A stretch of 64,000 nt of DNA from Phyllobates terribilis (GCF_046119375.1 NW_027362770.1:190836001-190900000), one strand, 5' to 3'; counted from the stretch's first letter, positions 34,311 to 48,746 are shown. Made by a program: numbers and translations. Notes: generated from the letters alone by a model not told the origin.

Positions 34311-37169
34311 TGGCTGCTTGTCCGTGTCTTGCTCCTCTCCCTGGGGAACATGAGGCTGCACTGACTGGTACCTCATATGTTAGCAGGAGGCGCATTTTGG
34401 GTCAATACTTCCAGCCATAGAGGGCAGGAAGGGATTAGAGGAAGATAGATGGGGAGGATGAGTTATAGTGGGATGTGGAACATTGGGAAAAGTCTGATAA
34501 CAGAAGAGCAGGTGCCGGCAGCCATAGATACTCGCTCACCCTTCACTAGCAGCAGGGGTCTGATATAGAATTAAAAATTAACTTTTAACAGATTATTTTA
34601 ACACTGCAGCTAAACCAACAATTATCTAAACAGACACAAAACCTGCATATAAAGTGCAAAAGTCAATAATAAAACATAGTACAGTCTCACCAGTTGTAGT
34701 CTTCTGAAGAGGCTGTCCATATAAACCCTGTCGTGTCCTGAGCATTTCTCCAGTCCGGACAAGGACTTTACCCAAATGTGGTCTATCCTGCTTGTAATGT
34801 CTCCATACAAACCCGAGACACCACTAGCGGGATAGACCACACTTTGGTTCTGTCCTTGTCCAGACGGGAGACCTGCTCGGGGCACTACAGGGAAACTAGG
34901 GTGCCCTATAGTGTTGAGCGAGCACTAAAATGCTCGGGTGCTCGAAGCTCGGGCCGAGCTCGCCGTGATAATCGGGTGCTCGACCCGAGCAACGAGCCCT
35001 ATGTTAGTCTATGGGAGACCCGAGCATTTTTGCGGCGGCACCCCCGGCAGTCTTTTAAAAGCCTAACAAGTGCCCAAAACGATAGTGACAGTGCTCAAAT
35101 GACATGGGGACAGCATGGGGATTGCCCCTGGAAGCATTTCTGACCCCCAGGTCACTGCTGTCCACAACGTGGTCAGAGGTATTAAGCCACTTTTAAGGAC
35201 TCACAATAAAACGTTCAAAAATGAAACTGAAACTGCTTTCCAGTGAAATATGTTAAGGAAGTTTCTTTCCAGGGTAAAGGCTTGTGTATAAGGTAAAATA
35301 AATAACCCCCCCAAAAAATACTCCTCCACACTTGGGCTATGCTCACAAGTAGCTTTTTTTGTGTTTTTGCACTTTTGTATTGCTTTCAACCGTGACAAAT
35401 GCATTCACCGTGAAATGTTATTTTATCATTTTACAACCTTATCTGGCCATGTGCTGTGTGACACATGCATAAAGTGCTGAAAAGACATGGGAACAGCATG
35501 GGGAAGACCCCTGGAAGCATCTCTGACACCCAGGTCACTGCCTAAAAGTGTGCCCATCAGAAGTGATCCTTGCCGCATCAGAAGATGCAGACTTGCAACT
35601 ATCCCCGTGCAAGTTCTTGTCCCAGGGCAGTGTTCAATTGTACCACCCCCATTCCTTGCAATGCAAGCGCAAGTATGCAGCCAACCACCCACCCACCCCC
35701 AGGCTGCAATACCATACTGCTTGCTTGCACTTGAAATTGGGCCTTTTAGGCATGTGGAGGCTTAATCTGGCCACCACGTCATGGCTGCGTTGGCGGCCTG
35801 GAATCCATACTCAGTCCCCAGCCACCCGGCGGCCGGGTGTCCACACTCGGTACCCAGCCGCCCCGCGGCCATGTGTCCACACACTGTCCCCAGCCACCTG
35901 GGGGCAGCCGGGTGTCCATAAACGGTCCCCAGCCGCCCCTATTTCTCCTTTGGAACATCCCCCCCACACACTTTTCTTAGCCCGGCCTGCTTTAGGGCAG
36001 CATTGGACGAGCCCACCAGAGAACCAGACTCCTCCGGTGAGCCCTGGCTTCTCCATCAGGGGAGTTGAGAGTGCCAAGGTGAGGAGCATGATGATGATGA
36101 TAGAAGTTAGCATCTGCTTTGTTTTCTTGGAATGCAAGCGTAAAGTGCAGCCTGCCACCCACCCACCCCCAGGCTACAATACCATACTGCTTGCTTGCTT
36201 GTACTTGAAATTGTGCCTTTTAGGCATGTGGAGGCGGAATCTGGCCACCACGTCATGGCTGCGTTTGCGGCCTGGAATCCATGCTCGGTCCCCAGCCGCC
36301 CGGCGGCCAGGTGTCCACACACGGTCCCCAGCCGCCTGGGTGCAGCCGGGTGTCCATAAACGGTCCCCAGCCGCCCCTATTTCTCCTTGGAACATCCCCC
36401 CCACACACTTTTCTTAGCCCTGCCTGCTTTAGGGCAGCATTGGACGAGCCCACCAGAGAACCAGACTCCTCCGGTGGGCCCTGGCTTCTCCATCAGGGGA
36501 GTTGAGAGTGCCAAGGTGAGGAGCATGATGATGATGATGATAGAAGTTAGCATCTGCTTTGTTTTCTTGGAATGCAAGCGCATGTATGTAGTAGCGGCTA
36601 GGCCTGAGGTGGTCAGCGTTTTGGTGCATATCCTACCTACTCCGAGGATTGCTGGATGTTTTCCTGCTACTATCCCAGTTCTATGACTCCCGTTAAAACA
36701 AAGCTTCAGGTGATAAATGATGGATGAGGTAGTGGCAAAGGAGAAAGAGCAGGAGGAACAGGGACCATTCACATCAATATCAGGTCAGTCAACCACATAT
36801 GTCTTATAGGTTATGTTTCTGTAACAAAATGAGCGGTTCGGCTACACAGTTATAGGGCATACAGTGAGTGCAATGCCTACCAAAAATTTTGAGGCACTCC
36901 AATGCCCCTTGGAAATGTCATGGAGGTCAGAGGGCCTTAACTAAACCGTTTTTTTCCATTTATAGCAACTGGGTCTCCTGTACACTGTTGGCCTAAGCAG
37001 TGAATGGAAGGCTTTCCAAAAATTATGAGGAACTGCAATGCCCCTTGAAACAGACGTGGATTACAGCGTACTAAAAACCTTCTACCCATTATTGGGGAGT
37101 GGGTCTCCCTTATTTTTCGCCTTTTCATTGAAAAGCAAAAGCTGACTAAAATTAGGAGGAAATGCAATG

Positions 37170-37800
37170 CCCGTTGGAAGAGTCGTGGAGGTTAGAGGTA
37201 ATTAAAAACAACATTTCAATGCCCCTTGGAAGATCTGTAGAGTTCAGAGTGGCTTAAGAAGACGCTTTTAATGCCCCTTTGAAGAGAAGTGGAGGTCACA
37301 GTAGCTTAACAAGACGGTTTTAATGCCCCTCGGAAAAGACGTGGAGGTCCCAGTAGCTTAACAAGACGGTTTGAATGCCCCTTGGAAGAGACGTGGAGGT
37401 CACAGTAGCTTAACAAGACGCTTTTAATGCCCCTCAGAAGAGACGCGGAGGTCCCAGTAGCTTAACAAGACGCTTTTAATGCCCCTCGGAAAAGTGGTGG
37501 AGGTCCCAGTAGCTTAACAAGATGCTTTTAATACCCCTCAGAAGAGACGTGGAGGTCCCAATAGCTTAACAAGACGGTTTTAATGCCCCTCGGAAAAGTG
37601 GTGGAGGTCACAGTAGCTTAACAAGACGCTTTTAATGCCCCTCAGAAGAGACGTGGAGATCCTAGTAGCTTAACAAGACGCTTTTAATGCCCCTCGGAAA
37701 AGTGGTGAAGTTCGCAGTAGCTTAACAAGATGCTTTTAATGACCCTCGGAAAAGTGGTGGAGGTTCGCAGTAGCTTAACAAGACGCTTTTAATGCCCCCC
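37170..37800. repeat. 52-bp tandem repeat inside hAT copy 1 (~12 copies)
   Basis: GTAGCTTAACAAGACGCTTTTAATGCCCCTCGGAAAAG...GGAGGTCCCA units. Confidence 0.92.
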
Positions 37801-38090
37801 ACAAGAGCCATACAGTACAGCATCTTAAAAATATTATTCCCATTATTGGGGAGTGGGTCTCCCACAGTCTTTGCTTATGCCTTCCAAGCAAAAGCTGACA
37901 AAAATAAGGACGGAGAAACTTTCAATAATGGCAACACGGACCACGGTCACCCTGGTGGTATAGTGGTGGTGGAGGCTAAGGATAAGGAGAAGAACATAAA
38001 ACAGCCGAAATGAGGAAGCGTATACCCATGTGTGGGTGTGAAGCAGTTGCATGTGAATACACCTCCCGAAAAAATACATTGGATTTGACT

Positions 38091-41000
38091 TTATGCTACT
38101 CTGCTGTCATTTGGTGGTGATGAGAAGTCTGACCCAATCCAGCCCTTGTTCATTTTGATAAGGGTCAGCTTGTCAGCATTGTCAGTTGACAGGCGAGTGA
38201 GCTAATCAGTTATAATTCCCCCAGCGGCACTAAAAACACGCTCCGATAACACGCTAGCGGCAGGGCAGGTCAGGACCTCCAAGGCGTACAGAGCGAGTTC
38301 ATTCCAAGTGTCCAGCTTGGATACCGATTAATTAAAAGGCACAGAGGAATCACGGAGGACGCTGGTACGGTCGGCAAGGTACACCCTCACCATCTTTTGA
38401 AACTTTCCACTCCTTGTGAGAGTACCCCGCGCCTCAGGGCCTGAAAGCTGGGCTGGTCTCAGAAAACTGTCCCAGAACGTTGACAGTGTTCCCCTGCCTC
38501 TGCTGGATTGGAGCTGTGTTTCTCTTGCCTGTACGCCTTGGTTGGTCAACGAACTGTGACCTCTGCCGCTAGCGTGTTCAGATGGGAACATTTTTAACAG
38601 TTCTGCAGCATGGGGCTTCTGGTACTGCCCCATTTTTGTAGACCTCTCCACCTCAGGAATAAGAGAGTGAAAGTTCTCCTTGTAGCGGGGGTCTAAAAGT
38701 GTCACCAACCAGTAATGACTGTTACCCAACATTTTGACAACGCGATGGTCACGGTTAAGGCAGCGTAACATAAAGTCAGCCATGCGTGCCAGACTGGTAA
38801 CGGGCAAGACTTCCGTGTCCTCACCAAGATGATGACTGACCATGCTCTCCTCCTCCTCCTCCTCCCCCCTGTCCTCAGGCCACCCACGCTGAACCGACAG
38901 TATGACAGTTGTACAGGTACTACCGTCTACAGCGCATGATACAAGCTCCTGTTCTTCCTCCTCCTCCTCCTCCTCTCCCTCATTGTCCCCCAATGCACGT
39001 TGGGATGAGATGAGGCTGGGCTGTGTGTAATCGGCCGCTATGGCTTCTTGATCCCTCTCATCATACTCTGGCTGCAATGCCTCCTCTTTAATTCTCTGCA
39101 GAGAGCGTTGCAAAAGACAGACAAGTGGAATGCTGACGCTAATGATGGCGTCATCGCCACTCACCATCTTGGTGGACTCCTCAAAGTTTGTCAGGATATT
39201 ACATATGTCAGACATCCAGGTCCACTCCTGAGGTCTTATGTGTGGAGTCTGACCTGAATATCGACGGCCTTGTTGCAGCTGGTACTCCACAACTGCTCTC
39301 TTCTGCTCACAAATCCTTTGCAACATGTGGAGGGTAGAGTTCCAACGTGTGGGGACATCACGCACCAGTCGGTGTGACGGAAGCTGCAAACGCTGCTGCG
39401 ACACAGCAAGGGCGGCGGAAGCTGTAGCCGACTTGCGAAAATGATCTGACAGGCGGCGTACTTTGACGAGTAGATCTGGCAACTCTGGGTACGATTTAAG
39501 AAACCGCTGAACCACGAGGTTAAGCACATGAGCCTGGCATGGTACGTGTGTGATCTCGCCTCGCCTCAGAGCCGCCACCAGGTTACGGCCATTGTCACAC
39601 ACGACCATGCCTGGATGTAGGTTCAGCGGTCTCAGCCACAGATCTGCCTGCTCTTTCACAGCTGTCCACAACTCACAAGCAGTGTGAGGTTTCTCACCTA
39701 AGCTTAGGAGTTTCAGCACAGCCTGTTGCCGTTTGGCGGAGGCAGTACTGCAATGCTTCCAGCTTGTAACTGATGTGGTGATATCTGAGATGGAGGCTGA
39801 ACATGAGGAGGTGGAGGATGATGCGCAGGAGCTGTACACTGTGGGGGCAACTCTGACTGACATAGGGCCCGCAATCCTCGGTGTGGGGAGGATGTGTTCC
39901 GTCCCAAGGTCCAACTGGGTCCCGACTTCCACTATGTTTACCCAGTGTGCCGTCAGGGAGATGTAGCGTCCCTGGCCACAAGTACTTGTCCACGTGTCCG
40001 TTGTCAGGTGGACTCTCCCAGAAACTGCGTTGTTGAGGGCACGGCAGATGTTTTGGGACACGTGCTTGTGTAGTGCGGGGATGGCACACCGGGCAAAATA
40101 GTTTGGGCTGGGTACCGAGTACCGAGGGACGGCCACTGCCATAAGATTGCGGAATGATTCCATCTCCACCAGCCTAAAAGGCAGCATTTCCAATGCAAGC
40201 AGTCGTGAAATGTGCGAATTTAGGACTGTGGCCTGTGGGGCGTTAGCTGCGAATTTCCGCTTTCGTTCAAAGGTCTGGGATATGGACAATTGAACGCTGC
40301 GGTGGGACGTGGACGTTGATGCTGTTTCTTGAGAAACTGCCATAACAAGTGAAGACTGAGAGGAGGGGGCATCTTTGCATGCAGTATGGACAGGGGATTG
40401 CCTTGCACGCACAACAGGGGGTTCTATTGCATTCACAACAGTGGAAGAAGCATGGTGACACCCGCTGACACTGGTCGTGGACCCTGGGGTTCGCCCCACA
40501 AAGACGGCTGCTTTACTGCCATGTGCCTGATCATGCTGGTGGTGGTCAGGCTGGTAGTTTTGTCACCCCTGCTGATGCTGGCATGGCAGGTGGTACAAAT
40601 GGCCTTTTTGGGGTTATCAGCAGAGTCTTTAAAAAAATTCTAGACTCTGGAAGACCTACCGCTTGTACTGGCAACGTCCCTCGTGTTGGTGTTATGGGGA
40701 ACGGTTGCCCGCCTTCTGTCTGTGGCCACCACACTGCTTCTTCCTGCCTGTTGGAGTTCTCTGCCTCCCTCCCCCTGTGTGCTGCTGGCCTCACTCTGCA
40801 TGTCCTCCTGCCACGTTGGGTCAGTTACTAGATCATCCACCACCTCCTCCTCTTCCACTTGCGCACCACGATCCTCCTCCTCACTTCCTGGCAATTGTGT
40901 CTCGTCATCGTCCACCTCTTGTGACAAATTTCCAGCGTCAACTTCCTGTGGCCGCGGCTGTTCAAATATTTGGGCATCGCTACATGGGATCTCCTCTTCC

Positions 41001-41437
41001 ACCACTTCAAGCGGAGCAGGCGAGGGGCACAAATCTGGAAATGGACCAGTGAACAGCTCTTCAGATTGTCCAAGTGTGGGATCACTTGCTGTCTGACGAC
41101 ACTCGGCATGGTGGGAGGAAGGAGCATCAGGGTGAGGAGGAGTATGCGGTCGAGACTCACGGCTACTAAGAGTTGACCGTGTGGAAGACAGACCGGAGGT
41201 GGTGGTGCCCAGGTAACTGGAAGTATTATCTGCTATCCAATTAATAACCTGTTCACACTGATCAGTTCTCAATACTGGTGTTGTTCTGTGCTTCCCTAGT
41301 AATTCGGTCAAGAAATGGAAGCGAGACGATGTGGCTGTTGGTTGTGGCACATTTTCACCTTGGCCACGGCCCCGTCCTCTGCACGCCCCATCACCAGAAC
41401 GTTCAGTTCCACATCCCTTGCCACGCACCTTGCCCAT
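38091..41437 (-). pseudogene. hAT (Ac/ZBED-like) transposase with BED finger and C-terminal dimerization domain, with premature stops
   Basis: V*NFF...AICTTC...MIRH BED relic; LTTDTWTS, VCDNGRN, RWNSTLHML; C-terminal segment homologous to copy 2 ACPAASVLSERVFSAAG. Confidence 0.92.
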
Positions 41438-42802
41438 TGTAAATGAAGTAAAATAGCTTACACTCGCACTATCAAACGAAAAAGGGTAATAAAAAGTAGA
41501 TTAGAACCGTAGAAGAGGGAAACCACAGTTCTATTTCTCTGGCCTACACCCGACTCTTTTAAACAATCTGAACAATCAGGGAGAAAATATTACTGTTTTT
41601 CTTTACGGAAAAAATACCAAAAGCTGAATAATAGAGATTTCTTACCGTGGAACAGCAAAAACACAGTTATTGTTTACTGGGGTATACCAGACTTTTTTAA
41701 ATATATATATTTGCGGCTGAACAGTGAGCGACACACTCAAACTGTTTTTTTTTAGATAAAAATGGCCCAAAAGTGGATAATACAGAAATTTGAACTATGG
41801 AACTGCAAAACCACACTTCTGTTTGTCTAGCCTACACCAGACTATTTTCAACAGATATATTTGTGTCTGAAAAATCAGAGACACACTTTTTTTTTTTTTA
41901 TTTTTTGGGGGGGACACCAAAAGGTTAATAAGACGGGTATTTGTACAGTGTGAAGGAGGAAAAAAAAAAGAGAATTTAGATGGAAAAAAAAGGATTTTTC
42001 CTGGCCCCCGAGCCCTGGAGCTAAGTCCAGCAATTTCAGCAACAGGAGCACAGAGGACTGTAATGCAGCGTTTGCTGGTATAACCACTGCGTCTCCTATA
42101 CAGCCTGCCTGCCTGCCTGATATCTGGGATGGATATTAGTCCTGAGAAGGACTGTTTGTTTGATCTGGCAGCCTTTACAGACCCTACACTAACTATTTTG
42201 CAGGATATATCTCTCCCTAAATCAGCAGCGCTGTCCCTACACTGTCTGATCCCAGGCGACTGTGTCCAAGATGGCAGCGCCCGGTTTTAAATACTCGAGG
42301 TGACGCTGTGCGGCCAGCCAATCACTGTAATGCCCACAACCAACATGGCTGCGGCATTACAGTGACTGGCTGGCAATCCCTGCATATTCATTGGCTCTGT
42401 AAAGAGCGCCAAACATGCAGGGCGGAGACCCGAGCTCCCTCCCGAGTAACCCGGAAATGCTTGATGCTCGCCGAACATCCCGAGTAGCGTGATGCTCGGG
42501 CGAGTACCGAGCAGTGTCGAGCATGCTCGCTCAACACTAGTGCCCTCGTATCCATGCCCCCTCCTGATTATATGGACGGCCTCTTCAGAACTCTACAAGT
42601 GGTGACAGTACCATTTTTATTATTGCACTGGTTGACTTTTGCACTATATGTTTTGTATTTGTTTAGATATCTATCTGTTGGTTTAGCTGCAGTTATAAAA
42701 TTCTCTATTAAAAGTTACTTTTTATATATCGGATCCCTGGTGCTAGTGATTTACCTTGATGGGATCATTGTGCCCCTTGTGGGTTATTGCTGTTTCTATA
42801 GT

Positions 42803-43121
42803 TCACCCCTCACTCGTGGAATCCTGTTCTCTCCCAGAATACTGGGTCCTAGTGCCCTCTGTTTCCATTGTTCTGCTGCCAATAGATGGAGATGGGCTGT
42901 TAACTCTTTCAGTGCTCGGCACGTTTCCAGCACTTTCTCGCTGATCCTCCTCTGATGTTACACACCTTTTGCTCCGCAGACTGGTGAAGGCACCTGGTCA
43001 ATAAGCTCCTAAAGATTGATCGATTTCTAGATCTGAATCTGTCACTGAGAAGCCGATCACTTGTTTATTGCAGCAGAACCTGCCGCTGAGATAAATGAGC
43101 ACAATATGGAGGGTATAAAGC
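42803..43121 (+). repeat. Spacer block paralogous to 5096-5423
   Basis: See the 5096-5423 feature. Confidence 0.85.
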
Positions 43122-43468
43122 GCTTCATGGAGGAATACAGCCGTATATTAAAGGTATACAGCACTATATGGGGAAACAGTATATGGAGTTTATACAGCGC
43201 TCTATAGGGGTATACAGCAGGATATGGGGGATATATAGCAGTATATGGAGGGTATACAGCACTATATGGGGAACTGTATATGGAGTTTATACAGCGCTAT
43301 ATAGGGGTATACAGCAGGATATGGAGCTTATACATCACTGGATGGAGGAGAGTATATAACTCTATAGACCTCACAGTGAGTTATTTCCAGGTGTCACAGT
43401 GTAATTCCTCCGAGCAGGATGTCACCAGAGAGGAATCAGGGCTGTGACTATTTCCACCATCACAGTAG

Positions 43469-43999
<531 letters not shown>

Positions 44000-44011
44000 T
44001 AACAACACAAA

Positions 44012-44052
44012 GGCTCTTCTCAGAGCCGCCCACATCTTCTGAGGAGGAGCTC
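44012..44052 (+). terminator. Histone 3' stem-loop and downstream element of H4
   Basis: GGCTCT-TCTC-AGAGCC 44012-44027; GAGGAGCT downstream. Confidence 0.9.
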
Positions 44053-44770
44053 CTGCTGCTGGGGAGGGCGAGGGGCTGGAGACCCCCTGTGCTGGGGTGA
44101 CTGCAGGCTGCTGCTCCAGGGGCGGCTGGAGACATCGCAGGCGCTAATGGGTTAACACTGAGGAGCTGCCTGTGGGCGGAGCCATAGCCCTGCTGAGCGC
44201 TGATTGGCTGAGCACAGAGTGTGATTCCTGCACTGAGGCTGATCTCTTCTGCTCTGTGTTCTCGGTGTAACATGTGGTGTCAGGATGGCGGCTCTTGTCG
44301 GGCTGGGAGCTGTGACTACATATCTGATGGATGTGATTTATTCAGCACTATGTGGTGGTATATGATACTTTTTGGGGTATACAGTAGTATTTTGAGAGTA
44401 AAGCACATCATGTGGCCGTATACAGCAGTATGTGGAGGTGTCCTGCAGTGTTTGGGGCAGAGCAGCATATGAGGATTATACAGGCTCTACTGGAGGTATA
44501 CAGTATGGGGGTGAGAAGCAGATGGGTATACAGCACTAGATGAGCGGCATTACCAAGGAAACTATTGTCTTTCAAATTTTCCATCTTGTTCCCTGAATTA
44601 ACCATGTGCATAGATTATTCTCCATGTCTCCCCCAACCTTGAAGAACAAGTTCTGTCCTCTGCATGGCTGCAGGCCATCTCCATTGTGCTGTCAGGACCA
44701 CCCTGAATACTTGCAATTTCTTAGTTTACCTGTCTGTGTAAACCTGTGTTTGAGACTAAATAAGCAGAAA

Positions 44771-45644
44771 TGTTAAGGATCCGGGTGGTGGAACCTCTGT
44801 GCTGCGGTGCAAGGAGGGGTCAGACGGGCGTGACTAAGTATCTACTCGGACCGACCAAGGTCGCATGGCGGCTCAGTCGACTCAGTGAACCAGGGATGAA
44901 CCGAGCAGAGGGACCAGGTGCCACTCTGGGACCAACCTTGTATGAGAGCAGGTGACTCCCACGGGTCAGAAGGCAGGAACTGACCTATACAGCAGATGAG
45001 CACGGCAGGCAAGCTGTTGGGTGGTCCGGGTAGACAAACAGGCAGATTAGGCTGATAGTCAGGCGAGTGTTCCGGGTTGGCAGGCTGGTGGGCACAACAG
45101 GTAGCTGGCAAGTGCTTCCAGGTAAGCAGGCAGGCGGATACGGCAGGTAACAGGCAGGTGCTTCCAGGTAAGCATGCAGGCGGATACAGCAGGTAACAGG
45201 CAGGTGCTTCCAGGTAAGCAGGCGGGCGAATACAGCAGGTAACAGGCAGGTTCTTCCAGGTAAGCAGGCAGGTGAATACGGCAGGTAACAGGCAGGTGCT
45301 TCCAGGTAAGCAGGCAGGTGAATACGGCAGGTAACAGGCAAGTGCTTCCAGGTAAGTGTCTATGGGCTCTGCCTGCCTAGACTGGCGGACTGGACTGAAG
45401 ATCAGAGGAGCTCAGGGCTGAAGCAAAGAAAGTTTCACAGAGCAACAACCTTGCACGTGCACCTCCATATTGGAGGAGGTGCCTTTTATAGGGAAAGTCC
45501 TCCGGCCATTGGCCAGGGACTTTTTAGGACGGCGCGCGCGGCCCCTTTTAAGAGGGAGGGAGCGCGCGCGCCCTAAGCACAGAGCCAGGGAAGCTGCGTG
45601 CAGCAGCTGCAGGGCGGCCGGAAGAGCAGAACCGCGATGCTACA
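44771..45644 (-). mobile_element. Solo LTR (874 bp) with an internal ~46-bp tandem repeat
   Basis: TG...CA ends; 5-bp TSD AGAAA (44766-44770, 45645-45649); TATAAAAG on the minus strand near 45485; repeats at ~45100-45360. Confidence 0.85.
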
Positions 45645-45664
45645 AGAAATTTACATTGTATATA

Positions 45665-46430
45665 CAGTTATCTGCAAAATAATAGCAGTGTGTTTAATAC
45701 AATTGAGAAAAAGCTGAATCCTCATAGCATTTCTTTCCATATACAGAGGCATTGAGAGCTATACACTCAATTCCAAATGAAAACATGAACAAGATGTCAA
45801 TTTTTAAACTGAAAATGATAATAATGCCTGCCTTCTCATTTACAAACTTAGATTTTACATTTGTTTCCAGACTTCACTTTTCTGTTAATAACTGATCTTC
45901 TATTTAGTTGTATAGCCTTTATTTCTGATAACGGCTTTACATCTGTGTGGCATGGAGTCACTAACATCTGACCCAGGCTGACTGCACTACAGTCCACAGT
46001 TCTTTTGCATTCTTAGGTTTTGTATCAAAAACAGCATAACATGACATCAATCTTGTTGGTGTGGAACCAGGATGTTGCCCGCTTTCTGGTGTGCATGAGG
46101 TCGTTGTCCTGCTGAAACCCCCATTTCAAGGGCATTTCCCATTCAGCATAAAGCAACATGATCTCTTCCAGTATTTTGATATATTCAAACTGGTACATAG
46201 TGCCTGGTATGCGATAAATGGGCCCAACGCCACAGTATGAGAAACATCCCCAAACCAGTCTGGTTGCATCTCCATTTTTACAGTCTTCACAGTGTACCGT
46301 GGCTTGAATTTAGTGTTTGTGTCGTCTCACAAACTGTTTTGTACAGGGTCTAAAGGCCGTAGACCATCTTGCTCTCATTTGTCTATAGATTGACTGGCCT
46401 AATGAGAAGTGGCGCAACAATGTCTTTTTT
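45665..46430 (-). mobile_element. Tc1 transposase 3' fragment with one terminus
   Basis: TA then CAGTTATCTGCAAAATAATAGCAGTG; minus strand VWGCFSYCGVGPI and FQQDND. Confidence 0.8.
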
Positions 46431-46441
46431 GGCAAACTGTA

Positions 46442-46715
<274 letters not shown>

Positions 46716-47339
46716 TAGCGTAGCTAGCGGGGGGGGGGGGTGGCAGAGGGTGCTGCCGCCCCCAAGCCCCCGCACTCTTGAGGGCCCACCCGGAGCTACG
46801 TTATGTTTAACTCTATCAGCCTGCGCCGATACAGTTAAACTCTGCGGCAGAGCAAGGAGACATGATCTGCATTATACTGAATAGGGGTGCATTATACTAT
46901 ATGGGGGTGTATTATATTGAATGGGGGTGAACTATACTATAGGTGGGGGCATTATACTATATGGGGGTAAATTATAGTGAATGGGGGTGCATAATACTAT
47001 ATGGGGTGCATTATACTTATTGGGCTATGGGGTGCATTATGTTGTATGGGCTATAGGATGCAATTATACAGTATGAAGGTTTGTGTGGGGTCCATCCTGC
47101 TGTATGGAGAGGTGGTGGGGGTCACAGTTGGCATCACGCGGAGAGTGCGACCAATCAGCGAATCGTATTGGTGAGGAGCGGGGAGCGGAATCTTATTAGT
47201 GAGGACCGGGGAGCGCCGTTGCCTGTGGGGATACTTCCACTGCGAGAAGCCTGGAGATGAGCGACTGCTCGCAGCAGAAGTATCCCGACCCGCAGCGCCG
47301 CTCCCCGGTCCTCCCTTCACACCCTAGCCGCTGATGTCC

Positions 47340-48746
47340 CCACAGTATCCGCATGGTGTTACAAAGGTCCGGACATTTGTGTTAAAATCGCTGATTGGTC
47401 GCTGGCGCTGCCCGCGACCAATCACCGATTTGGGCGCCAAATTTAAATATTGGCTGCGACCAATCACCGATCTTGGCTCCACATTTAAACACCGCTGTAC
47501 TGATTGGTCGCGGACGCTATTTAAATGTGGCGCCAACATCGGTGATTGGTCGCGCCCAGCGTCGGCGACCAATCAGCACAGCGGTGTTTAAATGTGGAGC
47601 CAAGATCGGTGATTGGTCGCGGGCAGCGCCAGCGACCAATCAGCGATTTTTAACACAAATGTCCAATCACCGATCTTGCCGCCACATTTAAACACTGCTG
47701 TGCTAATTGGTCGCGGACGCCAGACGCGACCAATCAGCGAGCTTGGCGCCAAATTTAAACAATGCTCTGCTGATTGGTCGCGGACGCCAGACGCGTCCAA
47801 TCAGCGAGATTGGCGCCAAATTTAAACAACGCTCTGTTGATTGGTCGCGGACGCCAGACGCGTCCAATCAGCGAGATTGGCGCCAAATTTAAACAACGCT
47901 CTGCTGATTGATCGCGGTCGCTGGCCGAGATCTATCAGCAGTATTGGCGCAAAATTTAATCAACGCTCTGCTGATTGGTCGCGGCCGTCAGCCGCGACCA
48001 ATCAGCGATTTTGGGGCCAAATTTAAACCCCGCTCTGCATCGCTCTGCTGATTGGTCGCGGTCGTCGGCCGCGACCAATCAGCAGCATTGTCGCCAAATT
48101 TAAACACCTCTTTGCTGATTGGTCGCGGTCGCGACTAATCATCGATTTTGGTGCCAAATTTAAACACGCTCTCCATTCCTCACTAACACGGTCCGCTGAT
48201 TGGTCGCGGCCGCCGCCCGCGTCCAATCAGCGATTTTGGCGCCAAATTTAAACACCGCTCTGCTGATTGGTCGCGGCCGCCATCCGCGACCAATCAGCGA
48301 TTTTGGCGCCAAATTTAAACACCGCTCTGCTGATTGGTCGCGGCCGGCGACCAATCAGCGATTTTGGTGCCAAATTTAAACCCCGCTCGGTATCGCTCTG
48401 CTGATTGGTCGCGGCCGCCGACCGCGAGCAATCAGCAGTATTGGCGCCAAATTTACACACCGCTCTGCTGATTGATCGCGACTAATCAGCGATTTTGGTG
48501 CCAAATTTAAACACGCTCTCCAGTCCTCACTAACACGGTTCGCAGATTGGTCGTGGCCGCCGCCCGCGACCAATCACCGATATTGCCGCCAAATTTAAAC
48601 ACCGCTTTGCTGATTGGTCGCGGTTGCCTAAAGCGACCAATCAGCGATTTGGGCACCAAATTTAAACGCCGCTCTGCTAATTGCGCCCCGTCGGCCGCAT
48701 ACCTATTCTAGAATACCCGATGCGTTCGAATCGGGCCACCATCTAG
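47340..48746 (+). mobile_element. Non-autonomous Helitron-like element with an internal palindromic satellite
   Basis: 3' hairpin CCCGAT/ATCGGG (48716-48735), 7 nt, then CTAG (48743-48746) before T; 5' end not resolved. Confidence 0.7.
47380..48680. repeat. ~60-70 bp palindromic satellite, about 20 units
   Basis: GCTGATTGGTCGCG...CGCGACCAATCAGC hairpins separated by TTGGCGCCAAATTTAAACACCGCTCT. Confidence 0.93.

Larger units (their letters stand above)
34909..42539 (-). mobile_element. hAT transposon copy 1 (7.6 kb)
   Basis: TIR TAGTGTTGAGCGAGCA/TGCTCGCTCAACACTA; 8-bp TSD GTGCCCTA (34901-34908) vs GTGCCCTC (42540-42547); transposase inside. Confidence 0.93.
34543..42749. mobile_element. Older MITE-like element with ~230-bp diverged inverted arms, host of the hAT insertion
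   Basis: ~34543-34780 is the diverged reverse complement of ~42570-42749 (TCACTAGCA, CTGCAGCTAAACCAACA, TTCTGAAGAGGC). Confidence 0.7.
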
